The notes under the pieces: model-generated | What the model saw: the letters and a program-made list of their open reading frames with translations, nothing else | Databases searched by the model: none | What the model was told of the DNA's origin: nothing | Assembly: GCA_010909165.1 (NCBI GenBank) | Contig: MU008161.1 | Coordinates: forward strand, 1,488,001 to 1,552,000 | Direction: 5' to 3' | Origin: Anthoceros angustus | Taxonomy: Eukaryota; Plantae; Anthocerotophyta | DNA: 64,000 bases | Part shown: piece after piece, positions 28,001-39,647 of the stretch | Layout of the letters: each line of letters starts with the position of its first letter | Numbering within the stretch: position 1 is the first letter of the stretch | Made by a program: the position numbers and the translations under genes

Positions 28001-29399
28001 GTGGAGGAACGTGCACCCCACCCTTGTCCGGTACACTCCGGTCCGCGCCCAATTGCGTCGCCGATCTGCAATGCACACCGGCCAAGGGTCCGCCGCACGA
28101 TGGCGGTGTCTGGCACACCGGAGGGCCTTGCGGATTGCCTCGCGCCTTTGAATTCTAGCGTGCGGAGGCTTGGAAGGCCGACCTTGGCGTTGGGGATTTG
28201 ATCTGGAAGACATTTGCATCCTCGTCGTCGGAGTTCACCCAATCTCCAGAATGTCACCGCCATCGTGCACGACATTCCGGCGGGCGCGGCCTCTCCTCGC
28301 CGCCATGTTTTCACTTGGATTGGTGCGAGTCCACCAAAAAAAAATGGGTGCCTTGGTCACGGCCTCAGCCGCGATTTCCGATCAAGGGTGGGAGATGGCG
28401 GGCGGCGTGTCCGCGATGGCGAACCAGCCGCCGGCCGATGCTGCAGGAAGATACGGAGCGCCGTCTCCCCGTCTTCACAGTCTTTCTGCATGACAAGAGC
28501 GCAGAGGTTCATTATTTCGTGGAGTCGTGCCCCCAAACGCCTCAAACCCCGCTTAGGATTAACAGCAAATGCCCGCCTTTCTGCGCTGTACGGGAAACAC
28601 GACATTCATTACATCGGAAAGACGGAGATGGGCGCGCCGGTCGTGCTGCCGTCTCCAGCATGCACCTCGTCGGATGGCCGCATTGTTTAAGGGCAGATGG
28701 TGGAGATGAGGACATCTTTGCTTCGCGCCCTTCTAGAAGACGCGTTGTTTATGTTTGAAGTATTCGTGCGGAGGAGGGGCGGAGTGGACAAGAATGCGGC
28801 CAGCGGCGCTTGGGAAGACGCGGTCGCATCTTCAACAGCAGCCATGCACATGCCGGTGGCGGTCGTGAGCAGGCGGTTCGCGGCCTCGTCTACAAAACAT
28901 CGCTCCGCGGAAGGGGATTGACCAAGGACGGCCGTGTTCCTGCCAGCAATTTGCGGTTTTGTCAAATCACTTCCTCCATACGCTTACAGCCCCAACCCAA
29001 GCATATATAGTGAATTTGTCCAGCATTTCGAACGAATGGATGGCGGAATAACAGATGGATATTGAGTATGAGGTTTTTGTTCACACATGTAGTAGGACGG
29101 TTTTGGGCCAAACTATAAGGCCCAAAAAGGATGGAACATAATGCATAATGTTCAATTTTCAAAGGCCAAGGAAGATAGTGGTACATATAGTGCAGAGGAC
29201 TTGACAACCTTGGCCTTTGGGATATTTGAAAGGAGGAAACATCATGCATGGTGTGTCCATGCCAAAGGCCAAGGAAGGCGAGGCATATACTACAAAGGAC
29301 ATGTCATCCTTGGCATTTGGGATTTGTCACAGAACGAAACATCATGCATGTTGTTTCAACCACCAAAGGCCAAGGAAGTTAGTGCTACATATACTACAG
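13033..29399. repeat. Large tandem unit 2 (about 16.4 kb) of the same element, with further nested internal duplications of 0.55-3 kb
   Basis: Colinear with 371-13032. The extra length comes from re-entries near 18012, 20073, 21909, 22562, 24454, 25346 and 26805. The block beginning TCCTCATCAGCAGTGGCGGAGGTTGGTTGTGGCCCATGTCTCC occurs near 10.5, 21.3, 23.9, 25.4 and 26.8 kb. Confidence 0.85.
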
Positions 29400-29679
29400 G
29401 TAGGCTTGGTCTTCCCATATGTGTGTGTCAATAGTTGGATGGCACAGCAGATGTAAAGGTAAAACATCTTTAGGGTTTAGCGAAGGGACGTTGGCGTGTT
29501 AGAGCATGTGCACATATGCATGTAATCCGCATATATAGACATAAATATTACATATGTCTTGTTCCTTGGACTTTGGCCTATAGTAGGATTGAGGACATGC
29601 TAGCATCCTTGAAAGGTTGGTATATAATATATGGATATATATGTAGGAGAAAGTTGAAAACTAAGCATGTCACGCAGAT

Positions 29680-31900
29680 GTGCTCGGTTTTTCTTCCTCT
29701 ATCCCTTGCAGAAAGCAAATTTTCCATGCATCGTCGATAAAGTTCCTTGGCATATGCCTAAGGATCTTTGTGCAGGTAGCAATGGACAAGCTTCTTATTT
29801 TTTGTTTCCCTTTAACATGTACATCGCGAAAGGGTTTTCCTTTATATGCATCAATGAAAAGGGTCCTTGCACTTTGGTACAAGTGACTGATAATGTCTTC
29901 GTCTTGGAAAAGAGGTATATTATGTTTCTCTATATATGCAGGAAAAACACCGTATACCTGCATGATATGTGAGAAGTTGTGCTCTCTAGTTTTGCCTTCT
30001 TCTATCCTTCGTCGATGGCAAAGTTTCCCATGCATCATGAACAAAGTTCCTTGGGGCATGGGGAATGAACTTTGTCCATGATGCATGCGCGCATATTGTT
30101 TTTGCCCTTTTTCGAATGGTTTTTTGTTCACACATGTCTAGTAGGACAGTTTTTGGGCCAAACTATAAGGCCCAAAAAGGATGGAACATAATGCATAATG
30201 TTCCAATTTTCAAAGGCCAAGGAAGATAGTGGTACATATACGGAGGACTTGACAACCTTGGCCTTTGGGATATTTGAAAGGAGGAAACATCATGCATGGT
30301 GTGTCCATGCCAAAGGCCAAGGAAGGCGAGAGAGGCATATACTACAAAGGACATGTCATCCTTGGCATTTGGGATTTGTCACAACGAAACATCATGCATG
30401 TTGTTTCAACCACCAAAGGCCAAGGAAGTTAGTGCTACATATACTACGGTAGGCAGTCTTCCCATATGTGTGTGTTAGTTGGATGGCAGCAGATGTAAAG
30501 GTAAAACATCTTTAGGGTTTAGCGAAGGGACGTTGGCGTGTTAGAGCATGTGCACATATGCATGTAATCCGCATATATAGACATAAATATTACATATGTC
30601 TTGTTCCTTGGACTTTGGCCTATAGTAGGATTGAGGACATGCTAGCATCCTTGAAAGGTTGGTATATAATATATGGATATATATGTAGGAGAAAGTTGAA
30701 AACTAAGCATCGCCGATGTGCTCGGTTTTTCTTCCTCTATCCCTTGCGGGAAAGCAAATTTTCCATGCATCGTCGATAAAGTTCCTTGGCATATGCCTAA
30801 GGATCTTTTGTGGAATGGAAAAGCTTCTTATTTTTGTTTCCCTTTTCTATGTATCGCGAAGGGTTTTCCTTTATATGCATCAATGAAAAGGGTCCTTGCA
30901 CTTTGGTACAAGTGATAATGTCTTAAATCTTGGAAAAGAGGTATATTATGTTTTCTATATATGCAAGAATAACACCGTTAACGTGCATGATATGTGAGAA
31001 GTTGTGCTCTCTAGTTTTGCCTTCTTCTATCCTTCGTCGATGGCAAGTTTCCATGCATCATGAACAAAGTTCCTTGGGGCATGGGAATGAACTTTGTCCA
31101 TGATGCATGCATGATATTGTTTTTGCCCTTGATTGGCCGGGTTTTTTCGCTGACTTAGGAAAATGGTCCTTGGCCTTTGGTAGAAGTGAATGGTAATGTC
31201 TTCATCTTAGAACTAAGGTATATTATGTATGTCTATATATGCAAGAATAACACCGTTAACGTGCATGATAGGATAGAAGTTGTGTTGTGGGTTTTTTTGC
31301 CTTTTGTGCTTTGCGCATTTTTTTTTTTCCATGCATCCTGGACAGAGTTCCTTGGCCTATGGCGAAGGAACTGTTTCCAGGTTGCATTGAAAAGTTCCTT
31401 TCCATATGTTACCTTTTGTATGCTTCGTGCATCTTTCCCGGCATGTGGGAAAAGGCTCCTTGGCCTTTGGCACATGTGACTATGAATGTATTCGTCGTTG
31501 AACTGAGATATATCATGTATGTCTATATATGTGCAGGAATAACAACGTAAACCTGCATGACATGGGCGAAGTTTTGTTTTGGTTTTGTCCCCTTGTAATC
31601 TTCGCCTGTGGCAATTCTTTGAATGCATCCTCCAAAAAGTTTGGCCCATGGGGATTGATTTTTTCCCACGATGCGTGAAATTTTCCTTATGTTTTTCCTC
31701 TGTATGCTTGGCCTATGTGTATGCTTGGCCAATGGAATTGTCTCTACATGCATCATCGAAAAGGGTCCTTCGCCTATGGTACAAGACATTGTTCATGACC
31801 GGTCTTTGAAACTAGTTATATCATACATGGCTATATATGTAGGAATAACGTGGAAAACAAACATGGTGCTTGCGGTTGGTATCGATTTTCCCTCCGCATC
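29680..31900. repeat. Degenerate AT-rich tandem array (about 275-305 bp period) rich in CCTTGGCC(T/A)TTGG-like motifs; includes an about 1.05 kb duplication (about 29070-30117 / 30118-31140)
   Basis: A block GGTCCTTG..CTTTGGTA.AAGTG...GTATATTATG..TCTATATATGCA..AA.AACACCGT recurs at about 29860, 30890, 31165, 31455 and 31762. Confidence 0.75.
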
Positions 31901-33299
31901 GTGGCGTAAATCATTGGCCACATGGCGGATGACGTTTGCATGATGCATGCCAATACGTTGTCTGCATGCGCACATTCTCAAGGTTGTGGAGTCCGAGGCA
32001 CAAACGCGAAGGCAGCGGCAAACTGTCCGTCCTGCGATCCACAACGGCGGTGAAGCGTTGGGAAGCCGATCCGAACTTGCGTGATGGGCGGAACGAACTG
32101 GCCATACGAGGGAAGAGGGAAGCGAAGAATGGCGGAGGCGCGGACAATGGAAGCGGCGGACGGCGGGGTGCATAGAACGGGTTGTGGCGCTGCGCGCCAT
32201 CCGGTGTTGTAAGGCGATTGGTGTGGAGGTGATATTGCGTGCGATGGACACCTCCCGCTTTTTGCTTGCTATGCGATCCGAACTTGCGTGATGGGCGGCA
32301 ACACCGGTGTGATGGATGGAGAGGAAGGAGCGAGTGCAGTGCGCGTGCTCGGCGATGGCGATGGGCGGCGGTGGGCAGCGCCTTTTCGCACGCACCTCCT
32401 TGGAATGGAAGCGGAGGAGTTTGCATCATGAGTGGCTAGTGGAAGCGCGGAAGAGGTGGTGCGGAATCGAGGGTAAAACATACAGTGCTTAACGATCACA
32501 ACACGGCGAGCGGCGAGGCGGGGAAGGGGCGGTTGTCGTCCGGTAGCAGTCTTGGTGATGCCGAAGGAGGTGAAGCTCCGGCGGGACAAAGGGAAGCAAT
32601 CGGAGAGGGCGGGGTGGTGGCAGCGGGATGGCCGTCGGGCGAGGCGGCGGGAGGCGGGGTGTGCCATGGATGGCGGGCGATGCGTTGGCACTCGGTATGA
32701 GAGGTGCGACGGATGAGGATGGGGGTCACGAGGAGCTACGTTTTCTTGTCGCTTTTTGCTTGCTATGCACAGCTTATGGCGGTGCCATGCAGGCAATTGT
32801 GGCATTGGTAGTAGTAGTGGCGGTGGCGCTCACTGTGTTGTGGGACCGAGACGGTGACCCGGAAAAGTTTATAGCTATAATTGGTGTGAGAAACCGAATA
32901 GTGATTTCTAAGAGTCTGGTCATGGCGGTCCAGTTCACGGTCATCGCAAATGTCGTGGGAAGAGGAAAGGAGTTGGCGTTACGCCTACAAACAAAAGGTA
33001 GGCCAAAGGTTGACAAAGGGGCCGGACGCCCGTTGGTTGCCAAAGTGGTTCGCGGTCGGTGGTGCTGGACAATTGGTGTCCATAATGATCGATTAGCCAG
33101 CGAGGCGGAGGAGTTTGCATGATGCATGCGAGATAACTTTTGGGCGTAAATTGGGCGGCCGCGGCCGCCCAGGCAGTATGGCGAGCAGTTCCGTGAATCC
33201 AACACAGGAGGACATGCAGTGGCGAGGGGGTCGCCACCATCACCTCGCCAACCACAAGTGCGGGCAATTGGAAATTTGGGAGCGATAAAGGCGGGGAAG

Positions 33300-35150
33300 G
33301 GCGGGGTGGAGGGAGAAGGCGGGATGCGGAAGGCGTGGAGGAGAAGAGCATGGCGGGGTGGCGGGGAGGCGGAGGGGCCGGGGAGGAAGGTGGAGGACAC
33401 TCGCCGGCGGCGCCGGGCGGCGGCGCGACGGAGAGGAGGAGCGCCATGGCGAGGAGGCCGGCGCCATGGCGGGCGGTGAGGCGGGCGGCGAAGGAAGCGG
33501 CCAGCGGAGGCGAGGGCACCTTCCCTCCCAGCGGCAGCGAGGCCAGCGGAGGGAGGAGGGGTGGAGGAGCAAGCCGTCGTCGTGCCGCCATCAGCGTGGC
33601 GAGGCCTGGAGGCGGGGAGGCGGGGTGGAGGCACCAAGCCATCCCGTGCCTGGCGTGGAGGCGGGGTGTGCCATGGATGGCGGGATGGAGGCACCAAGCC
33701 ATCCCGTGCCACGGCCTGGAGGAAGGCGGGCGGCGCAGCGGCAGCGAGGCGGGAGGCGAGGCGGGATGGCCGTCGGCCATGGCGGCATCTCGGCGTGGGC
33801 CGTGGCGGGCGGAGGGGGCACCTCCCCATCCCGGCCAGCGCCCGGCGAAGCGGCGCAGCGAGGGGAGGAGGAGGGGCGGTGCCTCCCCATGGCGGCAGCA
33901 TCGCCCGGCGAGGGCACCTCCCCATGGCGGAGGCGGGGAGGGCATCATACCCTCCTCCCGTGGCGGCAACGCCGCCATCGGCAAGGGCGCAGTGCAGCAG
34001 GCGGTGGAGGGCATCTTGCCATCCCACCTGCCATCGCCAGCGGCGGAGGCGGGCGGCGCAGAGGAGGGAGGAGGAGGCACCTCCCCATGGCGGCAGCGGT
34101 GGGGCGGGCGGAAGGGGAGGAGGAGGTCCGATGGCACCACCATCCCCAGCCCACAGCGTGGCAGCCCATGGCGGCAGGCGGGAGGCAAGGCGGAAGGAGA
34201 AGGGGCGGTGACCTCCCCAACGCCCGGTGGCGGGGGCGGCGGCGCGGAGGAGGCACCTCCCCAGCGGCGGCGAGGCGGGAGGCCAGCGGAGGAGGTGAGG
34301 TTGCCCTCCCGGCGGCAGCGAGGCGGCGGGGGCGAGAGGCGCTCGATGGACATGGCGGGATGGAGGCACCTCCCGTGGCGGAGGAAGCCAACCCCGGTGG
34401 AGGAGCGCCAGGAGGCGATGCGCCCGGCGGCGAGGCGGGAGGCGGAGGGAGGAGGGAGGAGGCGGGCGGCGCCGGCCGAGCGAGGCCGAGCATGTGGCGG
34501 TGCCATGTCGCCGCCGCCATGCCCGGCCAGGTCGGCCATGGTGGCGGAGGGGCGATCGCCGAGACCGAGGCCGACGGAGGGGCCGCGATGGCGGGATGCG
34601 GGATGCGGAAGGCGTGGAGGCGGGCGGCGCGGCGGCGGCGGAGAGGCGGGAGGCGGTGGCGGGCGGAGGCGGCATCTCGGCGTGGAGGCGGCGAGCGCCA
34701 TCCGGTTGAGGAAGGTGTATGGGAGGAATAACCGCCCAGGTGGCGGCATCTCGGCGTGGAGGCGGCAGCAGCAGATTAGGCGGAGGCTCGGGAGGCGGCT
34801 GCGGAGGGAGGAGGGAGGCTGCCGCGAGCTCACGGCGGTGGAGGCGGCATCCGGCGGCACCGTGGGAGGAGGAGGAGGAGGAGGAGGAGGTGGGAGCAAG
34901 TGCGGTGGCGGCGGAGCGGAGGCCATGTCGGAAGAAGATGGAGGCGGAGTGCGGCTCAACCCCAACTCCGCGGAGGGCGAGCACAAGGGGAGGAAGCGCG
35001 ACTACGAGTCGGACACGGTGTCCGGCAAAGTGGCCAAGGCGGGTGCCTCCGGCCCAATGCCGGGCATGGCGGTGGCGGAGGCGGGAGGCGGCGCAGAGGA
35101 GCGATGAACGCGGAATGCTCGGCCGTCGAGGCCATGGAGGGCACAATTAA
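33300..35150. repeat. G/A-rich low-complexity block with a dispersed GGCACCTCCC(C)ATGGCGG motif
   Basis: Motif variants at about 33515, 33817, 33879, 33913, 34075, 34252 and 34364. Long stop-free frames on both strands reflect composition. Confidence 0.75.
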
Positions 35151-35702
35151 GGTTCTCCGGCAGATGACGCATGGAGGACGAGGGAAGTAGGCGGCGTCGT
35201 CATCCCTTGTGCTCGAGTTGCATCACCGCGGGGTTTTGCATAGGGGCGAGCATGCCTTAGGAAGGCCGCAGAGGAGATAGGGTTGATGCTAGTGCAATTT
35301 TGCGATGTGTGCGTGGACATCCTTTTTGATCAATGCAATGGCTCACTGAAAATTTGGCGCTTTGGAGGCCTGTAGTTCTTGGCGAGGTTGTTGGGTGGCG
35401 GCGGTGGTGGTGTGGGTTCTTGCCGCAGCTTATGGCGATGTGTTTGTGCCGACCATTGTGGTGAATATGTATGCCAAGGGTGGCAGATTGGAGGACGGTC
35501 AGTGAGTGTTTCATAGACTTGGTCATTAGGATGTGGTTACCTAGACTTGCATAATAGGAGGGAATTCCGACCACTGTGTGTGCGTGACAGCCCTTCATGT
35601 ATACCGTGATATGGAAGAATAAGGCATGGGTCTACCCAATTGGTCACCCATCCCTCTTCCAGCGTGGAGGTGGATCCCCGTGAACGAGGCAACGCGATAC
35701 CT

Positions 35703-36003
35703 AAACCCTACAAACAAGAATCCATTGTCCCTAGATAAGAAGACACGGACACGCCGCGGCGTGTGCGGGGTTCGCAAATGATGGCTGCCTTCGGGTCATT
35801 ATTGCCGGCCATGGCCGAAGGGTTTGGAAACCACATTGATTGCGGCAGCGGGGGCGGGTTAGGGTTTGCCGGGCATGGGATAGCATGAAAGAAAACTTAA
35901 TCGCAGGAGGAAGTGTGGAAAACTTGAAAACATAGTTTCCCGGTCCCGGCTCTTTGTTTTCAAAGTTGGAAGGACAAAACATTTAAACCAAACTTAGGGT
36001 TTC
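35703..36003. promoter_or_regulatory. Telo-box-like motifs (AAACCCTA/TAGGGTTT) upstream of UBC32
   Basis: Motifs near 35703, 35860 and 35996. Motif match only. Confidence 0.3.
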
Positions 36004-36631
36004 GGGACTGAAAAGTGTGTGTCCCCTTTGGTGCTTGGCCGCTCTTGGTTAGGGCGCCAAAGCGGCCATGTGGACATGTGCTCTGAAAAAAGAAACCGTA
36101 CTGGAATGTAGGGTATATTCCTCAAGATCCCCACGCCTTGCATGGGTTTCGCGAAAAAAAAAATGTCCCATCCCCTCTGTCCCCTTTGGTATGCCATACA
36201 GGAGACCACTCCCAAATCCAGCAAAATGGGGTTAGAGAGGGCTACATGGGCAACGCATGTGAATCCCTAGCGGAGTTGGTGACTAGTCATATCGGTCATT
36301 CATTTGTGGGCGTAGGAAACGTTCTCACATGGAATGAAACGCGTTGGGTGAGCTTTTGCAGCAGAACGACACACAGTGAATGAAGAACCAGAGATGTGTG
36401 GCAGTCTGGGGCGTGGTACGGCATCCGATCTGCTGACAGGGGTTGAAGGCATAGGCTATCGGCGGCTCTTGGGACTGCTCCATTCTGAGCGTTGTGTGGA
36501 ATCGTGGGGAGGATTTTTGACGTCCTCGGGTCTGGCAAGCATCTGCGAATCCTGGTGTGTCGATTTCCTGGCCACGTCCCGCTCTCGTCATTTCATCCTC
36601 GCCGGCAACTTGTTAAGTATCCAACTGAAGC

Positions 36632-37942
36632 ATGGCGGAAGAGCGGTACAACATGCGGAATCCTGCAGTGAAGCGTATTTTGCAGGAGGTGAAGGAAATG
36701 CAAAACGATCCCAGTGATGACTACGCCAGCCTACCACTAGAGGTTAGGTCCTCCTGTGCAGCTGTGTCTGTCAATCAAGCCAGCTAGTTGAGCATGGAGA
36801 AGCTGACGCGCTGTGGTTTTCCAGGGTAACATTTTTGAGTGGCACTTCGCTATTCGAGGGCCACAGGATACCGAATTTGAGGGAGGCATTTATCACGGCC
36901 GGATTCAACTCCCTCCTGAGTATCCTTTCAAGCCTCCTGCCTTTATGCTTTTGACGGTAAACACACAAGTTTCTGCACAGCTTGTTTTGTGTAAGAAAGC
37001 TACTTTACAGGCCTGGTGACCTGACTGAAATGATTCACATGCTTGCAGCCAAACGGGAGATTTGAGACCCAAACTAAAATATGTTTGAGTATTTCGCAAC
37101 ATCATCCAGAGCACTGGCAGCCTTCCTGGAGTGGTGAGCAACTCGTGTGCACGCTTCCTGTAGATATTTCAGAAATAGGGTTTGGCTGTTTTACCCTGAG
37201 CTGTCATGTTTGATTGAATTGTCGTGCACTGCCCCCAGTTCGCACAGCTTTGGTGGCGCTAATAGCATTCATGCCGACGAAGCCAGATGGAGCATTGGGT
37301 TCATTGGATTATACTAAAGAGGAAAGGCATGCTCTTGCCATCAAGTCCCGGGCAGCTGCTCCAAAGTTTGGGAATGCCGAGCGCCAGAAGTTGATGAATG
37401 AGGTGAGCAGGTTAATTAGTGCAAGTTTGCCATGTAGTGGTTGAGGAAACTGGCGTTTGTTTTTAAGTGCCCTCCTGTCGTATTTGCAGATTCATGAACA
37501 GTTGCTAAAGAAGTCACCTCCAGTACCTGAGCTGCTAGCCGTAGCCCCTTCCACTCCTTTGGTTGAACAGGAAAACGTGGCTGAGGACGATGACTCGGGA
37601 ACTGACGGGGACAGTGATCCAGAGATGGTTGAGAACCTGCACGAGGTGCATGTGAATGCAAATGCTGGGCCAATTGCAGTGAGTTTCAGCGCAGGGTTTA
37701 GGCTTGCAACCAGGGCCCCAGCTGGCCAGCAAGTTGGAAATGTAGAAGTTGTTGATAGGCCAGCAAGTGCAGGAGAGACGAGGCCCGCTACTGGTGAAGC
37801 AGTGGTAGCAAGACCTCGATCATCTAACGATCGGGGATTGACGTTTTTGGCAATTGCGATAAGTATTGCAATCATTGCTCTGTTTATCAAGAAGATGCTC
37901 AAGTCATCCGGAACACTGGACCAGGCACCGAATGCTGTCTGA
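36632..37942 (+). CDS. UBC32: Ubiquitin-conjugating enzyme E2, UBC32/UBE2J1-like (ERAD, tail-anchored); 5 exons
   Basis: GT-AG spliced exons 36632-36742, 36825-36956, 37049-37133, 37239-37402 and 37490-37942 give MAEERYNMRNPAVKRILQEVKEM...NIFEWHFAIRGP.DTEFEGGIYHGRIQLP.EYPFKPP...PNGRFETQTKICLSIS.HHPEHWQPSWSVRTALVALIAFMP. The catalytic Cys and a C-terminal TM segment (LTFLAIAISIAIIALFIKK) are present. Confidence 0.95.
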
Positions 37943-38751
37943 AGGGCACACTCCTGATTCACAGGATTGCATTCTCTGTAGATAGTGAGGTAGTTGGGAC
38001 CGTCTCTTGTGGGAATCTGGCAGCTCCTAGACAGTTGTAAATGTTTTTTGGTTTTGACCAATCACCCCATCTGTAGCGGGTTCAGCTAGCAGATTACTTT
38101 CTGTGGAAGCAGTTTGCTCTAACCCTGTTTGGTTTGGAACTCTCCAGGCCAGCAACAAGTGTGAAGAAAGCAGCTGCCTTGCAGCAGCAGCGTGCAAAGT
38201 AGCTGGTATCATAGGTGTTGTCCGAATTTGTGTGGTTGCTTTCCCTTTCTGTTGCTATGGCGAAATTTTGTGATTGGATGTTTTTGGTTGGTATTCCTGC
38301 AAGCTCACTATCAGCCAAGTGTGTGTTGAGCTTGAAAGTGGTGAGAGAAGGGCTGGACAGGCATTTGCAGATGCAGTAATTCTAGTGCCTCATAAGTGTC
38401 CATTAGGTAGGGTTCCTTTGATAAGCGGCGTGCAGTGCAGAGGATCGTTATATGCCGGAGGTGAAAAGCTGGTCACAACCCAGCATGATGGGCATCTGCT
38501 CTTAAAACACAGTTGCGGATGAATGGAGAGCGCTTCAGATATTGGCCGGATGTTGTCCTCATAAGTTACATTCGAAGCGTCCATGATGGAGGCCACGTCA
38601 TGTTGAGGTCACATTTGGAGGGAAGAATTTCAAGAGGCAAAGAAAGATGTATGGCAGATTTACTGTCAGGTGGACGACAGAAACCGACAGTAGCAGTGGA
38701 AGACGTGTGGGCCACAGTTGCCTGTTTCTCTGTTTTGGCCGCTGCATTCTC

Positions 38752-39305
38752 TCAATGGCAGCTGATTGTGTGGCACTGCAGGGTGATCGGTCCTTTCCAG
38801 CCGGCCTGATAGTACTTTCTGTTGGACGTTGCGTTGCGCTGCAGCAGGCAGGCCGGGCCGCCGGACGAGGTAAAGGGAAATGCAATGCCCATGGCCAATT
38901 GCAACAAGCCTGGTAGCTGTGAAGTCATGATCCCTCCTTCGCTGTCGCAGGGTATGCATCCGACCACTTCACAACCGTCCCGAGTGCCTAAAGCAGGCGC
39001 CGGAAAGCAAGGGAGTGAAAAGACAAGAAACTGTACCCCACTGTTGCGAGTGCATCATGAGAAGACCGCGCGGGGGTGGATGTGGCTCGGTCCTAGGAGA
39101 AAGCGAAGAGCGCATGCGGCGCTGCAAACGAGCCAGCCCCTCTCTCACATCATGAGGATGCCATGTACACCACGCTTCTGACAACTGGCTGCAACAGCTT
39201 TACTTTTGCACACCAGAAACAAGGCGCGCCCATGTACTGTGCTGTACCTCGCCTGAAGAGCTCTGGCGCGCTGGCCAACTTGACCTCCTTCCTCTCATCA
39301 TCCAT
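38752..39305 (-). CDS. Possible small multi-exon gene of unknown function, divergent from the MFS gene
   Basis: ATG at 39305. Exon 39305-39248 (MDDERKEVKLASAPELFRR) joins in frame across a 70-nt GT-AG intron to an exon from 39177 (EAWCTWHPHDVREGLARLQRRMR...). The downstream structure is uncertain and no homology was recognised. Confidence 0.3.
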
Positions 39306-39632
39306 GGACTCTGGCTGCAGGCTGTGAGCTCGCGGTACGAGCGTGCTGCGTGGTGCCCTTCTGGAATGCTGGCCCCGGGCCTTGAATGCTAGACAGAAGC
39401 ATGGCCTCAGGATCTGGCTTCCCCGCACCGATGTCCGGGAAAACAAAGCATTTCTGTTGCCACCCTGGACCTGGGGCCGAGGCTGGCAAAGCGAGCCCGA
39501 GCCCGAGCCCGAGCTCTCGGGTCCGCGATGCCGCCTTCCCGCTCGCGCCTCCAGTGTTCAGGACCCGCCCATCCCATTCTCATTCCCATTCCCTCCCACC
39601 GCCCAGCAGATCGCCCAATGATTGGTGCGGGG

Positions 39633-39647
39633 CCTGGGCCTGAGCCT

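Noticed and set aside
29470-29481. TTTAGGGTTTAG as a telomere remnant
   Set aside because: Fewer than two full repeats; it is telo-box sized and duplicated with the surrounding block.
32774-35146. 790-aa and 681-aa minus-strand ORFs and a 457-aa plus-strand ORF
   Set aside because: These overlapping multi-frame ORFs in a G/C-rich low-complexity block have no recognisable domain.
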